Shown here piece by piece: positions 9,647 through 19,870 of a DNA stretch of 64,000 nt. The DNA comes from a virus (lineage: Duplodnaviria; Caudoviricetes), in the IMG/VR virus record IMGVR_UViG_3300008262_000001; one strand, 5' to 3'. A model generated the notes under the pieces. The model worked only from the letters and a program-made list of their open reading frames with translations, was not told where the DNA came from and searched no databases. Made by a program: the position numbers and the translations under genes. Numbering within the stretch: the first letter of the stretch is position 1; each line of letters begins with the position of its first letter.

Positions 9647-10111
9647 CTAATAGTGTAAATCTAAAAATAGAATATCTGGATCGTCCTTATAAAATACTGG
9701 ACTCCAAACTGGATGGTATTGATTTTTTAAGGTGTCATCTAATTCTACAATGTGGTCTAGAGGATTTTCAACTTTGGGAAATTTACCAGGTTCACCATTC
9801 TTCCTTCTTGTTACTTCTTCCTTCATTCGGATATTCATGGTCTTTGTCCAATGGTAAGAATCTCCCTCCTTCAAATAAACTCCCCATCCTTCAGATTTTG
9901 ATCCTGGAGGGTAAATACCATCCGGGCAGCTTTCACATCCTGACATTCCAGAAATATCTTGTCCATCATAATAACTATCTTCTATTCTCTCAACTATTAC
10001 AGGAGCTTCGTCTGGAATATTATTTTCCTCAATAAATTTTTTCAAATCACCTACAGTCATAAATCCATTACTGGCGTACTTGAAAAGGTCTTTTTTATCT
10101 AACTTTCTCAT
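9647..10111 (-). CDS. hypothetical protein
   Basis: 154 aa ORF, 4-nt overlap with upstream gene. Confidence 0.7.
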   Translation of the reverse strand: MRKLDKKDLFKYASNGFMTVGDLKKFIEENNIPDEAPVIVERIEDSYYDGQDISGMSGCESCPDGIYPPGSKSEGWGVYLKEGDSYHWTKTMNIRMKEEVTRRKNGEPGKFPKVENPLDHIVELDDTLKNQYHPVWSPVFYKDDPDILFLDLHY

Positions 10112-10908
10112 TTTCTAAACCAATTTATCATTCCATCGTAAAAAGCAGAACCATGATTTATAGATCCATAATCCCTGTGTTCAGCAAAGTGTTCCTTATC
10201 TAATTCTTCCATGCTTTCTTCATCGTCAACAAAGACTCTTTTTTTGGGATAAACATTCGTGCGTCTTTTCTTCAACTCATCCCACCAGTCATTTTGTGTC
10301 ATATATTCGAAATCTGGCTGTATCCTAATTTCCCCAGTCTCATATCCAAGTAATATTTTTGCAGGAAGTCCATAGTACCAAATTTTTCTTCCCTCCTCTT
10401 CCTCTGGATTTAAAAAGTTATATGGATGATCCAGCATTTCATCAATCTTAACTTGGGCATGGGCTAAGGCACCTTTCATCTCTCTATAAAAGAATTTATA
10501 AACTTCTTTACCATTGGCACTAATAGTGCATTTTCCACCACTTCTTATATCCCATTCGTCCCACTTGTACTTAGTAGAGTTAAATTGTGAATAATGTATA
10601 CCCCAGCAAACTCGATGAACACCATTGTCAATGTAAGGGATAAGCTCACGAATAATCGGGGCTTCAACTTCTCCAAACTGATTTGTAGTTTCTTCATAAT
10701 CAGACCAATCTAACCACCATGTTTCAGGTTGGCCGTTGTATTTTCCTAAAAGATGACTATAACCTTCTATAGAGTAAACCTGGTAGTTTTTATCACCAAT
10801 CCTGATTTCGAAAATTTTTCTAACATTAGATCTTCCAAATTCATCTTTACCGAATTTCTCACAAGCTTCATGATAAGTTAATCCCTTTTTCCCCATTTTA
10901 GTATTCAT
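10108..10908 (-). CDS. hypothetical phage protein
   Basis: 266 aa ORF in co-directional cluster. Confidence 0.75.
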   Translation of the reverse strand: MNTKMGKKGLTYHEACEKFGKDEFGRSNVRKIFEIRIGDKNYQVYSIEGYSHLLGKYNGQPETWWLDWSDYEETTNQFGEVEAPIIRELIPYIDNGVHRVCWGIHYSQFNSTKYKWDEWDIRSGGKCTISANGKEVYKFFYREMKGALAHAQVKIDEMLDHPYNFLNPEEEEGRKIWYYGLPAKILLGYETGEIRIQPDFEYMTQNDWWDELKKRRTNVYPKKRVFVDDEESMEELDKEHFAEHRDYGSINHGSAFYDGMINWFRK

Positions 10909-10918
10909 GTTTTATTTT

Positions 10919-11140
10919 TCAAAATTTATAAATCCATAAGTGGTTATGGATGTTCAGAAAATCAAGTTCAATTTCAAATTTTGGAGAATGAGAATCCTCA
11001 TATCTGTCCCAGTTAATTTTAAAATTGAATAGACTGATTCCATCAGAAAAATCTCTAACTTTCGAAAAAATCTGGATCTCCCAATACAATTTTCTTTTTG
11101 TTGACAAGACCCCACTTCTACAAAATCCTAAAAAACTCAT
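10919..11140 (-). CDS. hypothetical protein
   Basis: 73 aa; overlaps upstream gene by 4 nt. Confidence 0.6.
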   Translation of the reverse strand: MSFLGFCRSGVLSTKRKLYWEIQIFSKVRDFSDGISLFNFKINWDRYEDSHSPKFEIELDFLNIHNHLWIYKF

Positions 11141-11400
11141 CTAATTTTTTTTAGCCAATTTACGAAATGGTCTGCTATTTCTTTGTCTTCCCATTCGTAT
11201 TGGGTAAAACCATTTCTGCAATATTCTCCAAAGTTTATCATGTCAATCATGGAAAAACCGGGTGTACTTTTAAGTAAGACCTCAACACGATTTGGATCTA
11301 CGCCTTCTCCTTCTTGCTCAATAGATTTCCATTCTTTCTCTATTGAGTCGGAATCTAATTGACTAAATCTATAAGACAATGCTTCTATAATTTCACTCAT
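11137..11400 (-). CDS. hypothetical protein
   Basis: 87 aa ORF in cluster. Confidence 0.65.
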   Translation of the reverse strand: MSEIIEALSYRFSQLDSDSIEKEWKSIEQEGEGVDPNRVEVLLKSTPGFSMIDMINFGEYCRNGFTQYEWEDKEIADHFVNWLKKIR

Positions 11401-11408
11401 ATTTTTGA

Positions 11409-11930
11409 TTATTTAGAACCTATTAAAATCTTTCCATCAACGCTAACCTGTGTCTGTATAACCAATCCATCACTATAAGATTCTTGGCTCACACAGACTT
11501 CGATTGCTTCAGAAAAAACTAAATTTTGAATCGCTGCAATGTCTAAATCATTACCATCAAAATCTTTACCTAGTTCATAAGGAAAAGCAAATATCGGATC
11601 TGCTTCTTCTATTTGGTTACCCATGAAATCTAGAGGGGACGAAATAATGTACTGTCCATTTATAAGAAATAGTACTTGACATTCGGGATCGAAGAAATCT
11701 TTACAAGTTATAAATATCGAAGAAAAATTGTTGATTAAATCCCCTTCTGCTTTCAAAGATTGTTGGTTTTGAGTATCCGATATTTCGTAATAACCGTTAT
11801 TCAATCCATGAATTTGATAAACAGATTTGTCAAGATTTGATACTACGAAATTTCCAATATTTTTATCCAAGTTTCTTAATAGGTCTAATCTGACTAGTTT
11901 TACTTTTCCCTCTAATTTGTCCATTTTCAA
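11409..11930 (-). CDS. hypothetical protein
   Basis: 173 aa ORF in cluster. Confidence 0.65.
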   Translation of the reverse strand: MKMDKLEGKVKLVRLDLLRNLDKNIGNFVVSNLDKSVYQIHGLNNGYYEISDTQNQQSLKAEGDLINNFSSIFITCKDFFDPECQVLFLINGQYIISSPLDFMGNQIEEADPIFAFPYELGKDFDGNDLDIAAIQNLVFSEAIEVCVSQESYSDGLVIQTQVSVDGKILIGSK

Positions 11931-12005
11931 AGATTTTAAAATTTAAATTTATACGAAGCAAAACTGAAAAGATTCAAGTTTTTAGAAAAAAAGGATAAAT
12001 AAACC

Positions 12006-12338
12006 ATGTCTAAGGGGTTTGTTTATTTAATCGTAGAAGCAAACGAGGATGGTCGCGAAAGGTTTAAAATAGGAATTACTAAAAATCACCCTAGGCAAAG
12101 ATTAAACAAGCTAAAAACGGGGAACTCAAATGAGCTTGAGCTTCTTAAATTTTATGAAAGTGAAAACTACAAGAGGATTGAAAAATGGTTTCACATGAAA
12201 TATGCCTCTAAGAAAACCATAGCTAAAAACGAATTCTTCGACCTTTCAGATGTTGAAGTTATAAATTTCATCAACGATTGTGTGGAGATAGATTCTACTA
12301 TTTCGATATTAAAGAAGGAAAATCCCTACTTTAATTAA
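12006..12338 (+). CDS. GIY-YIG/T5orf172 (MUG113-like) nuclease domain protein
   Basis: GFVYLI...FKIGIT...RLNKLKTGN...IEKWFH...NEFF motifs; GATAAATA at 11994-12001. Confidence 0.85.
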   Translation: MSKGFVYLIVEANEDGRERFKIGITKNHPRQRLNKLKTGNSNELELLKFYESENYKRIEKWFHMKYASKKTIAKNEFFDLSDVEVINFINDCVEIDSTISILKKENPYFN

Positions 12339-12923
12339 TTACTTCCTAGGTTTTCTTTCTTTCTTAGCTCTTTGATAGAGTTTTTTATCGTGCATCTTTG
12401 TTGTTTTGCCACCAGTTATAAAAGAATTTACTCTTGCCATTGCCCATTGCTGAGGTGTCGTGCCCGGCACATGGCCGGTCTTCCATGCGACATACCCTTT
12501 TTTCCAAACCTGTGTTAATATACCTTGTGGGAATCCAGTTTTTTCTGATTTGTTTTTTAGTGCCTTCCTTACTGGACTTGATGGAGAGCTGACACCTTCG
12601 AAAAGGAATCCTTCAATTTCTAAGATTGAATTTTCATCCATTTGGTTAAGTTCTTCTATGAATTCCTGTTCTAAATCTTCCAGAACTTGCATGAACTCGA
12701 AAGGATCAGTTATAATATTTTCACCAAACATTTGTTTGTATTTCTTTGTGTATTGACTTTGCTTTGTTTCTACCTTTTCTCCCTTTCCCGCTTTTCTAGA
12801 TTTATAATCTGCATCCCAAGGACCATAAGCAGAAGAATCATCATCACGCTTTTTAGCGTGTTTTTTTATTTCCCTTCGCATTACGTTAGGATTTTTTGTT
12901 AGATATTTCTTAGGAAGTTTCAC
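12339..12923 (-). CDS. conserved viral protein (DUF5824-like)
   Basis: LKNKSEKTG...VWKKGYVAWKTGHVPGTTPQQWAMARVNSF resembles a domain shared by large phages and algal viruses; GTG start; GATATATA at 12939-12946. Confidence 0.7.
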   Translation of the reverse strand: MKLPKKYLTKNPNVMRREIKKHAKKRDDDSSAYGPWDADYKSRKAGKGEKVETKQSQYTKKYKQMFGENIITDPFEFMQVLEDLEQEFIEELNQMDENSILEIEGFLFEGVSSPSSPVRKALKNKSEKTGFPQGILTQVWKKGYVAWKTGHVPGTTPQQWAMARVNSFITGGKTTKMHDKKLYQRAKKERKPRK

Positions 12924-13023
12924 GCAAGTAGGTTTCTTTATATATCTTAAGAAACAAATACAACAACCAAAACTAAATTAAAAGAGTAGGTTCTGAGCAA
13001 TTTGGAAACTAACTTTTGAAGAT

Positions 13024-16000
13024 ATGAAAAAAATAATAGACTGTTTTACATTTAATAATGAATTCGAACTTCTGGAGCTTAGACTTGCTGAAATTTATGA
13101 TGTTGTGGATCAATTTATATTGGTAGAGGCAAACACAACACACCCAGGAAAAAATAAAATATTTTTCTTTGAAGAGAATAAGTGGAGATACGAAAAATGG
13201 ATTGATAAAATTATCCATCTTAAAGTAAATTTTCCTTTGCACTTAGATACTTGGGGAAGAGAAAAATATCAAAGGAATTCAATTATGCCTACTTTATACT
13301 CGTTAGGATTATCAAATGATGATATAGTTGTAATTAGTGATCTCGACGAAATCCCAGATTCGAGCACACTAAACTACATAAAAACTAGTTATCCAATGAA
13401 AGGATTATTTAAGCTAGAGATGGATCATTATTGGGCTTCTATTTACAACAAATTAGTATATCCAGAAAAATGGTATCATGCAAAAATAGTAGACTGGGAG
13501 ACTTTAAAAGGAAGAACCCCAGATGAGTGCAGGCTAGATTTTAATTGTCAATGGTGGGAAAGAGGAGGATGGCATTTATCTTATTTTGGAGGTCCTGAAA
13601 TTATAATTAACAAAATCAATAGTACTGCTCACCAGGAATTAAACCAGGAAAGATTTAAGATAAAGGATGAGGTAATAAGAAAGGTGAAAGAGGGATTAGA
13701 TCTTTTTGACGAATGGAGAACATTCCAAAAAATAGATCCTTTAGAAAATACATATCTTCCTAAAAACTGGGGAATTCTTTCAAAAAACGAGGAAAAATAT
13801 GGGAATAAAATAAAAAACAAAAATAACCTAGTATTAGGAGCCGCCATAAATCTTTCATTAGAAGATATAAGAATTTTTGTAGATTCATTTAGAAGTAAAA
13901 ATCTTAATGACGATGTATATCTGATTATTGAAGAATCAGCATCGCAGGATAAATTGGATTACTTAAAAAAGAATTCAGTAGAAATACTCTCATTTGAATC
14001 AGGGCAAATACTTGAAACGCAACCTAATAATTACAGGTTCATCAAATTCTTAGATTTTTTAAAAGAGAAAAATACATATAAAAATGTTCTTCTATCGGAT
14101 GTTTCTGATGTATATTTTCAATCCGACCCATTTGATGGATTAGATGGTGAATTCATATTTTTTGCGGAGGAGGATGAATCAGAATCAATAGGTTCGAACA
14201 AATTCAATTCTAGATGGATAATACAATGCTTCGGTGAAGAATACTTAGAAAAAATTAAAAATGAGAAAATAGTTTGCTGTGGAACTATTGTAGGATCATA
14301 TGGGAATATTCTTAAGTATTGTAAAAAAAGCTCCTCAGAAATGATCAGAATGTATAATGAGAGGAAAGACTTCTTTTATGACATGATGGATCAAGGAATA
14401 CACAACTATATCTGCTATAATTCTATAGAGGATTTTGTAAATCCGAGCATCAAGAAAAACGGGGATTTTTTCGCAACAATAGGTATTACCTGTGGAGTAG
14501 CACCTGAATCAATAGAGGTGAATGAATTAAAGATCCACGTCAATAAAAAAATACCATCGGTAATCCACCAATATAATAGATCCCGTGAAATTACAGATTC
14601 TATTAAGACACTATTACAGTTGGAAGGAATCGGAGATAAAGTTCTTGAAACTAAAATAGAGGGGTTTTCTATTCTAACATTAAGCAATGATGCTATCGGA
14701 AGAGGAATAAATAAGGGTGAGTCCTGGGAGCCTCATATAGTTTCTTTTCTAAGAAATTACCTAGATAAAGAATCCGTTTTTGTCGACATAGGAAGTAACT
14801 ACGGATGGCATTCATTGATAGCATCTAGCTTATGTAAAACAGTCCACAGTTTTGAGCCTCAATCTTTAATTTATTCTCTCCAGAAAGAAAGTATCAGGAA
14901 AAATAAATTTGAAAACATAATTCAATATAAAAAAGGATTAGGTAGCATAATAACACAATCCAATCTTTCTCCTATAAATTATCACGAAAATGGACTAAAT
15001 ATAGGTGACCTGGGTGTGGGATTAAACGGGGAAAATATAGAAATTATAACTCTTGATTCTATAAACATAGAGAAAGTAGATTTAATTAAGATTGATGTTC
15101 AGGGGTACGAAAATTTTGTCATAGAGGGAGCTACGAAAACTATAGAAAAAAATCGGCCTATCATAATAATAGAGATAGAAGAATTCCAGCTTTCTAAATT
15201 TGGTTTTTCTTCAGCTAACATATTTGAAAAAATAAGAGGCCTGAATTACGAAATCTATCTGATGGAACATTCTTATCCGTCAGATCATATCTGTGTTCCT
15301 TTAGAAAAAGCGGATGAATTTGAGAAAAAAAATAATATAGATCCACTCACTGAAAACAACAACATAAGTAACAGTTATGCTAATGGAGTAAGAAAGAAAT
15401 TTCTGAAATCAAAAAAAAGTTTATCTGGAATACTAGACTTTAATAGAATAAACGGATTTGATAGCGAGGGCGGAACAGACAAAGGAACACTTCATAGCTA
15501 CATAGAAACTTACGAAAGGATCCTATCTAAATACATTGGAAAAAAATCATCAATACTGGAGGTTGGAGTTCAATACGGGGGATCATCCCTTTTATGGCAC
15601 GAGTATTTGGAGGATTCAAATCTAGTAATGGCAGACATTAAAGATCAGATAGGAAAAAATATATTGGACAGATTAAATCAGGAAAGATATAAATTCCACA
15701 TTTTTGATGCTTACACTAAGGAATCACTAGAAAAAATCAAAGAAGAAAATCCCGAAGGATTTGATATTTTGATAGATGATGGACCTCATACATTAGAGAG
15801 TCAAAAGTTTTTTATCAAAAATTACATATCACTAGCAAAAGAAAATAGTGTTATGATTATCGAGGATATTCAAGATATAAATCATACTGCAATATTAAAA
15901 GAATGCTTACCTGAGGAATACAGGGAATCTATAGAGATTATAGATCTTAGAAATCAAAAAAATAGGTACGATGATATAATGTTTATAGTACATATTGGAG

Positions 16001-16653
16001 ATAAAAAATATAAATCCTCCAATTTGGATTTTACATTTGGATGGATTTCTCACAATAAAGAGGCTTTTGAAAAATACCTAGGTCCTTCTCTAGAAAAAAT
16101 AGATGGAAAATATCAATCTATATCCACGGACGACTCAAAAAATCCAGCATATAATTACAATAAAATAATAAGTGAATGTAAAACAAAATGGCTTATTTTG
16201 TGCCACGAGGATGTAGCATTTTCTAATGATCTTTTAGATCAAATAAAAGAAACCGTAAAATTAAACCCAGATTCTAAATTTTTCGGGATGGCAGGATCTA
16301 ATGGCAATCAAATAATTTCTTCAGATTCAAAAGAGTCGAGAGATATTTTAACAGCGGATTCATGTTTTATAGTTATTGATACAGAAAACTTAGATCTCAA
16401 TTTCGACGAAAATACATTTGACGATTTTCATTTATACGTTGAAGATTTTTGTGTACAATTAGGAGAAAATGGAAAGACTATATTGTGTGATTACACGGAA
16501 CCCTATAATTACCCAGATGAGAAAGAAAATAAGAAAAAATGGATTCTACATGGAGGATCTACATATTTTCAATTGGGTTCTCAGTGGGGAAGATATAAAG
16601 AATACAAGGAGAAGTTAAATAAAAAATGGGGAAGAGAAATTCCAACTACATAA
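13024..16653 (+). CDS. multidomain glycan-modification protein: GT17-like + GT-like + FkbM methyltransferase + class I SAM methyltransferase + GT-A domain
   Basis: DCFTFNNEFELLELRL / ISDLDEIP / GGWHLSYFG (GT17); SDVSDVYFQSDPF; VDIGSNYG...IKIDVQGYE (FkbM); TDKGTLHSY...LEVGV...IDDGPH; LCHEDV (GT-A). Confidence 0.85.
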   Translation: MKKIIDCFTFNNEFELLELRLAEIYDVVDQFILVEANTTHPGKNKIFFFEENKWRYEKWIDKIIHLKVNFPLHLDTWGREKYQRNSIMPTLYSLGLSNDDIVVISDLDEIPDSSTLNYIKTSYPMKGLFKLEMDHYWASIYNKLVYPEKWYHAKIVDWETLKGRTPDECRLDFNCQWWERGGWHLSYFGGPEIIINKINSTAHQELNQERFKIKDEVIRKVKEGLDLFDEWRTFQKIDPLENTYLPKNWGILSKNEEKYGNKIKNKNNLVLGAAINLSLEDIRIFVDSFRSKNLNDDVYLIIEESASQDKLDYLKKNSVEILSFESGQILETQPNNYRFIKFLDFLKEKNTYKNVLLSDVSDVYFQSDPFDGLDGEFIFFAEEDESESIGSNKFNSRWIIQCFGEEYLEKIKNEKIVCCGTIVGSYGNILKYCKKSSSEMIRMYNERKDFFYDMMDQGIHNYICYNSIEDFVNPSIKKNGDFFATIGITCGVAPESIEVNELKIHVNKKIPSVIHQYNRSREITDSIKTLLQLEGIGDKVLETKIEGFSILTLSNDAIGRGINKGESWEPHIVSFLRNYLDKESVFVDIGSNYGWHSLIASSLCKTVHSFEPQSLIYSLQKESIRKNKFENIIQYKKGLGSIITQSNLSPINYHENGLNIGDLGVGLNGENIEIITLDSINIEKVDLIKIDVQGYENFVIEGATKTIEKNRPIIIIEIEEFQLSKFGFSSANIFEKIRGLNYEIYLMEHSYPSDHICVPLEKADEFEKKNNIDPLTENNNISNSYANGVRKKFLKSKKSLSGILDFNRINGFDSEGGTDKGTLHSYIETYERILSKYIGKKSSILEVGVQYGGSSLLWHEYLEDSNLVMADIKDQIGKNILDRLNQERYKFHIFDAYTKESLEKIKEENPEGFDILIDDGPHTLESQKFFIKNYISLAKENSVMIIEDIQDINHTAILKECLPEEYRESIEIIDLRNQKNRYDDIMFIVHIGDKKYKSSNLDFTFGWISHNKEAFEKYLGPSLEKIDGKYQSISTDDSKNPAYNYNKIISECKTKWLILCHEDVAFSNDLLDQIKETVKLNPDSKFFGMAGSNGNQIISSDSKESRDILTADSCFIVIDTENLDLNFDENTFDDFHLYVEDFCVQLGENGKTILCDYTEPYNYPDEKENKKKWILHGGSTYFQLGSQWGRYKEYKEKLNKKWGREIPTT

Positions 16654-16661
16654 CAAAATAA

Positions 16662-17207
16662 ATGAAAGATCTAATTTTTGAAAAAATCTGGAATCTCCAG
16701 ACTAACACACCTACACTTAAGAAGTTTTTCTCTTTTAATTTAGAGGATCTTCAGGATAATCCAGAAGAGTGCCTAAAAGAAATAGAGGATTATCTAGAAA
16801 AGCACAAGGATAAAATAGTAGATTTCTCTTTTGAATCATGGATCGACGAGGAGACTTTCCGTCCTATACTAATGATGAAAATGTATCTGGTTGAATCATT
16901 AGCGATGCACCTATATCCTTCCAATACTTTTAATTCTTTGCTTCCGTCTTCTAAAGAAGCAATGCTTATAAGAGAAAGGATTACAAATATGATAAGTGAA
17001 TATGGATTTGAATTTAATACAGAAGAGGTCAGAAAAGTAATTATAGAGAAGCTTAAGTATATTTTAGGTGGGGTAGAGATAATAGACCTAACAACATTTG
17101 AAAATATTGACAATGGTGTACATAATTTCATCGTTAGGCATGAAGACAATGAAATGACCTTAAATGAATATTTAGAGCTCGTAGCGAGCAAGAAAAGACA
17201 TGAATAA
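16662..17207 (+). CDS. hypothetical protein
   Basis: 181 aa, coupled to mgsA. Confidence 0.7.
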   Translation: MKDLIFEKIWNLQTNTPTLKKFFSFNLEDLQDNPEECLKEIEDYLEKHKDKIVDFSFESWIDEETFRPILMMKMYLVESLAMHLYPSNTFNSLLPSSKEAMLIRERITNMISEYGFEFNTEEVRKVIIEKLKYILGGVEIIDLTTFENIDNGVHNFIVRHEDNEMTLNEYLELVASKKRHE

Positions 17208-17592
17208 GGAAGTTTTAAATATAGCTTTAATAGCACATGATGGTAAAAAAGCAGATATGGTAAGCTTTGTAACCAAGCGTTTAGATTTTTTTAATCGGAA
17301 CGATGTGGAAATATATGCTACAGGTACAACCGGTAAATTTTTAAAATTTGCAGGAATACAGAAAGTACACTCCATGCTAAGCGGACCTAATGGAGGAGAC
17401 GCACAAATAGGATCTATGGTGGCTGAGGGAAAGGTAAAAGCTGTTATTTTCTTCCGGGATCCGTTAAACTCACATCCACACGAACCGGATATACAGATGC
17501 TTATGAGGATCTGTGATGTTCATTCAGTTCCATTAGCTACAAATTATATGACAGCTAAATATGTAATTGACTGGTTTACTACAAACACTTAA
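17200..17592 (+). CDS. mgsA: methylglyoxal synthase
   Basis: IALIAHDGKK, YATGTTG, SGPNGGDAQIG, FFRDPL..HPHEPDIQMLMRICDVH..PLATN signature motifs. Confidence 0.96.
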   Translation: MNKEVLNIALIAHDGKKADMVSFVTKRLDFFNRNDVEIYATGTTGKFLKFAGIQKVHSMLSGPNGGDAQIGSMVAEGKVKAVIFFRDPLNSHPHEPDIQMLMRICDVHSVPLATNYMTAKYVIDWFTTNT

Positions 17593-18233
17593 TTAGATTT
17601 CTTTCTTTGGTCATCTTTGAAATCAAGGTCCTTTGATATTTTAGAAAAATCTTCCCCTTTATAATCGAGCTTAGATTTTCTATACTGGGAAACATTATTA
17701 GAGAAGGAAGTAAACACATTATCAACACCGGAATCTGTAGAAGCATAAGTTATAGAATTACCACCTTTGATTCCAATAGATCCCCCAGTTTTAATAGCAT
17801 CTTGATTTGCAGCAAGGAATAAGAAGTTCCAACCCTCTTCTGTTGTGGTTTCTATCATCTTCATGATGGCTTCTCTCTTATACTCTCTACTTGCATTTTC
17901 TTCACCATCCGTAATAATTACAAAAACAACGTCTCTGTCAGTTTTTAATTCCTCTATGGTTTTTCCTATTGCATCCAAAAGAGCAGTTCTACCGCGAGGT
18001 TTAAAATTTTCACCTAGAATTAAATTCTCAGCTTCGGTAACTGGAATACTCTTATAGTTAATCTCATATCGATCGTCAAATTGAACTAAGGTTATGTAAG
18101 CCTTTCCCTCGGAATTCTTTTGCTCATCCAAGAATTTATTAAACCCATTAACTGTGGATTCTCCGATTTCTCTCATAGATCCTGATCTATCTAGAACTAC
18201 TACAATTTCTGTTTCTTGTAAATTTTTTTCCAT
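17589..18233 (-). CDS. von Willebrand factor A domain protein
   Basis: MIDAS DRSGSM, T in GRTALLDAIG, VIITDGEENAS. Confidence 0.9.
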   Translation of the reverse strand: MEKNLQETEIVVVLDRSGSMREIGESTVNGFNKFLDEQKNSEGKAYITLVQFDDRYEINYKSIPVTEAENLILGENFKPRGRTALLDAIGKTIEELKTDRDVVFVIITDGEENASREYKREAIMKMIETTTEEGWNFLFLAANQDAIKTGGSIGIKGGNSITYASTDSGVDNVFTSFSNNVSQYRKSKLDYKGEDFSKISKDLDFKDDQRKKSN

Positions 18234-18315
18234 TAGTAATTAATTATTTAGTGCCTTTTGATTGGCTATTTATTTTAGCATTCGAAATCTATTAGTTTCC
18301 TAAAGTATATAAAAT

Positions 18316-18585
18316 ATGGAGAACCCACTACCATTTGAGGAGGAATGGATTTCAGATAAAATCTCTATAAGAAGATTTGCATCAGATACAAATTCAGAGG
18401 AACTAAAATGGCATTTTGATGAAGAGGATCGGGTAATTGAAACAGAAGAAAACACAGATTGGCAATTCCAATTTGATAATAAATTACCACAGCCAATACT
18501 TGGTAAGATTCTAATCAAGAAAGGAGAATGGCACAGATTAATCAGGGGTTCTTCTGAGTTGAGTATCAAAATAACAAGATTGTAA
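18316..18585 (+). CDS. small cupin-like protein
   Basis: ELKWHFDEEDRVIE...WQFQFDN...KKGEWHRLIRG His-containing cupin pattern. Confidence 0.65.
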   Translation: MENPLPFEEEWISDKISIRRFASDTNSEELKWHFDEEDRVIETEENTDWQFQFDNKLPQPILGKILIKKGEWHRLIRGSSELSIKITRL

Positions 18586-18613
18586 TTTTTTTTAAACTCG
18601 CGATAAATACTTC

Positions 18614-18787
18614 ATGAGCAACGAAGAATATTTAGAAGAAATTTTACACGAAGCACACAGATTAGGTGTGGTTTCAGAGATAATCTCTAGGGTTCCAGAG
18701 AACGTTCAAGACAGGGAAAGAACTGATGCTTTCTTAAAGGCTTTCCGTGAAGTTGTCAAAGAAAAAAATTTAGAGCATTCTCTCTAA
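18614..18787 (+). CDS. small hypothetical protein (57 aa, absent from ORF track)
   Basis: MSNEEYLEEILHEAHRLG...KNLEHSL*; GATAAATA at 18602-18609. Confidence 0.6.
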   Translation: MSNEEYLEEILHEAHRLGVVSEIISRVPENVQDRERTDAFLKAFREVVKEKNLEHSL

Positions 18788-19803
18788 AGAATAATTTCAC
18801 TATCAAGATCTATAAGGTTGTGATCTCCGTCTGGTATCTCAACATAGTCATACTTCTTATAAGTCTTAGCATAACTTTTAGCCTTGTCTTTTAGAATTTG
18901 AACTATATCTGAAGGCATTTTAGTCCCAAAGCAATCTTCAAAAATATATTTGTAAATTCTAATCGATGCGTTGCCTACCAGTCCTGGAGTTTCGTTATGT
19001 TCTATACACCAAGCCTTGTTTTCATTGTCAATAGCAACATCTAAACCAACAAAGTTGAGATTAGGATAGAAGTCAAAAATAGATTGAGCTATAGGCTTTA
19101 TTTGACTCCAATATGGAAATAAATTGATATCTATAGGTTCCCAAATAAACTTGGATTTGATCTCTTTTTCCTTTGCCTCATTTACTCTCAAAGATTTTGA
19201 TTTTTTATTATTTGGAGTTCTGCACCAAACGCCAAAAGCCTTTATTCTTTGATCATTGTTACCCTTAAATAACATTATTCTATACTCGTCTTGAATAGGA
19301 ATACATTCTTGGTAAACATCAAACTTCTTATTTCCTAATTGCTCAATAGAATCTATTTTTTCTACACCCTTGGATTGATAGGAATCATCTTTTTTGGCAA
19401 TGATAGGAAATCTTAATGTTTTTAAATCCTGCTTATTGAACACTGTCTTTGGGAACCAATCTACTTTTTTATCTAAAGCTTTTTTAGCAAGATCTTTCTT
19501 GCCTGGATCGAAGTCTGACGGATGATTATAAATTAAAGACTTCTTAGGTAAATCACCATTCTTCAAAAGATCTTTTGATCTTTTCGGATTTCTCCAGAAA
19601 AGCAATGGCAATTCTTTGTCTATTTTATTGAATTTATTTCTTTCATAGAAATCCACCCAATAGTTTTTCATATCATCACCTATCTCTTCCTCAGCATCCT
19701 GAAAGTTTAGGGAACAATAGATTTGTACCTTTTTGAAAAAGTCATTAACCATTTTTTCAATGTTAGATTTTTGGAAATTTTCAAAAAGTTTGATGTGTTT
19801 CAT
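18784..19803 (-). CDS. ATP-grasp (RimK-like) peptide ligase with CTS-like leader
   Basis: PIIAKKDDSYQSKGV, YQECIP..DEYRI, VGLDVAID...CIEHNETPGL; N-terminus MKHIKLFENF; GATATATA at 19809-19816. Confidence 0.8.
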   Translation of the reverse strand: MKHIKLFENFQKSNIEKMVNDFFKKVQIYCSLNFQDAEEEIGDDMKNYWVDFYERNKFNKIDKELPLLFWRNPKRSKDLLKNGDLPKKSLIYNHPSDFDPGKKDLAKKALDKKVDWFPKTVFNKQDLKTLRFPIIAKKDDSYQSKGVEKIDSIEQLGNKKFDVYQECIPIQDEYRIMLFKGNNDQRIKAFGVWCRTPNNKKSKSLRVNEAKEKEIKSKFIWEPIDINLFPYWSQIKPIAQSIFDFYPNLNFVGLDVAIDNENKAWCIEHNETPGLVGNASIRIYKYIFEDCFGTKMPSDIVQILKDKAKSYAKTYKKYDYVEIPDGDHNLIDLDSEIIL

Positions 19804-19822
19804 AGCAGTATATATCTAAAAT

Positions 19823-19852
19823 AAAAGGGTCAGACTTTGGATGTCTGACCCT
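19823..19852 (-). terminator. rho-independent terminator after endolysin
   Basis: AGGGTCAGAC-loop-GTCTGACCCT 10-bp stem with T-run on the minus strand. Confidence 0.75.
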
Positions 19853-19870
19853 ATAAAATTAAAATAGTGT

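Noticed and set aside
12006-12338. Mobile intron or homing endonuclease insertion
   Set aside because: Short free-standing T5orf172-type domain with its own promoter motif; it does not interrupt a gene.
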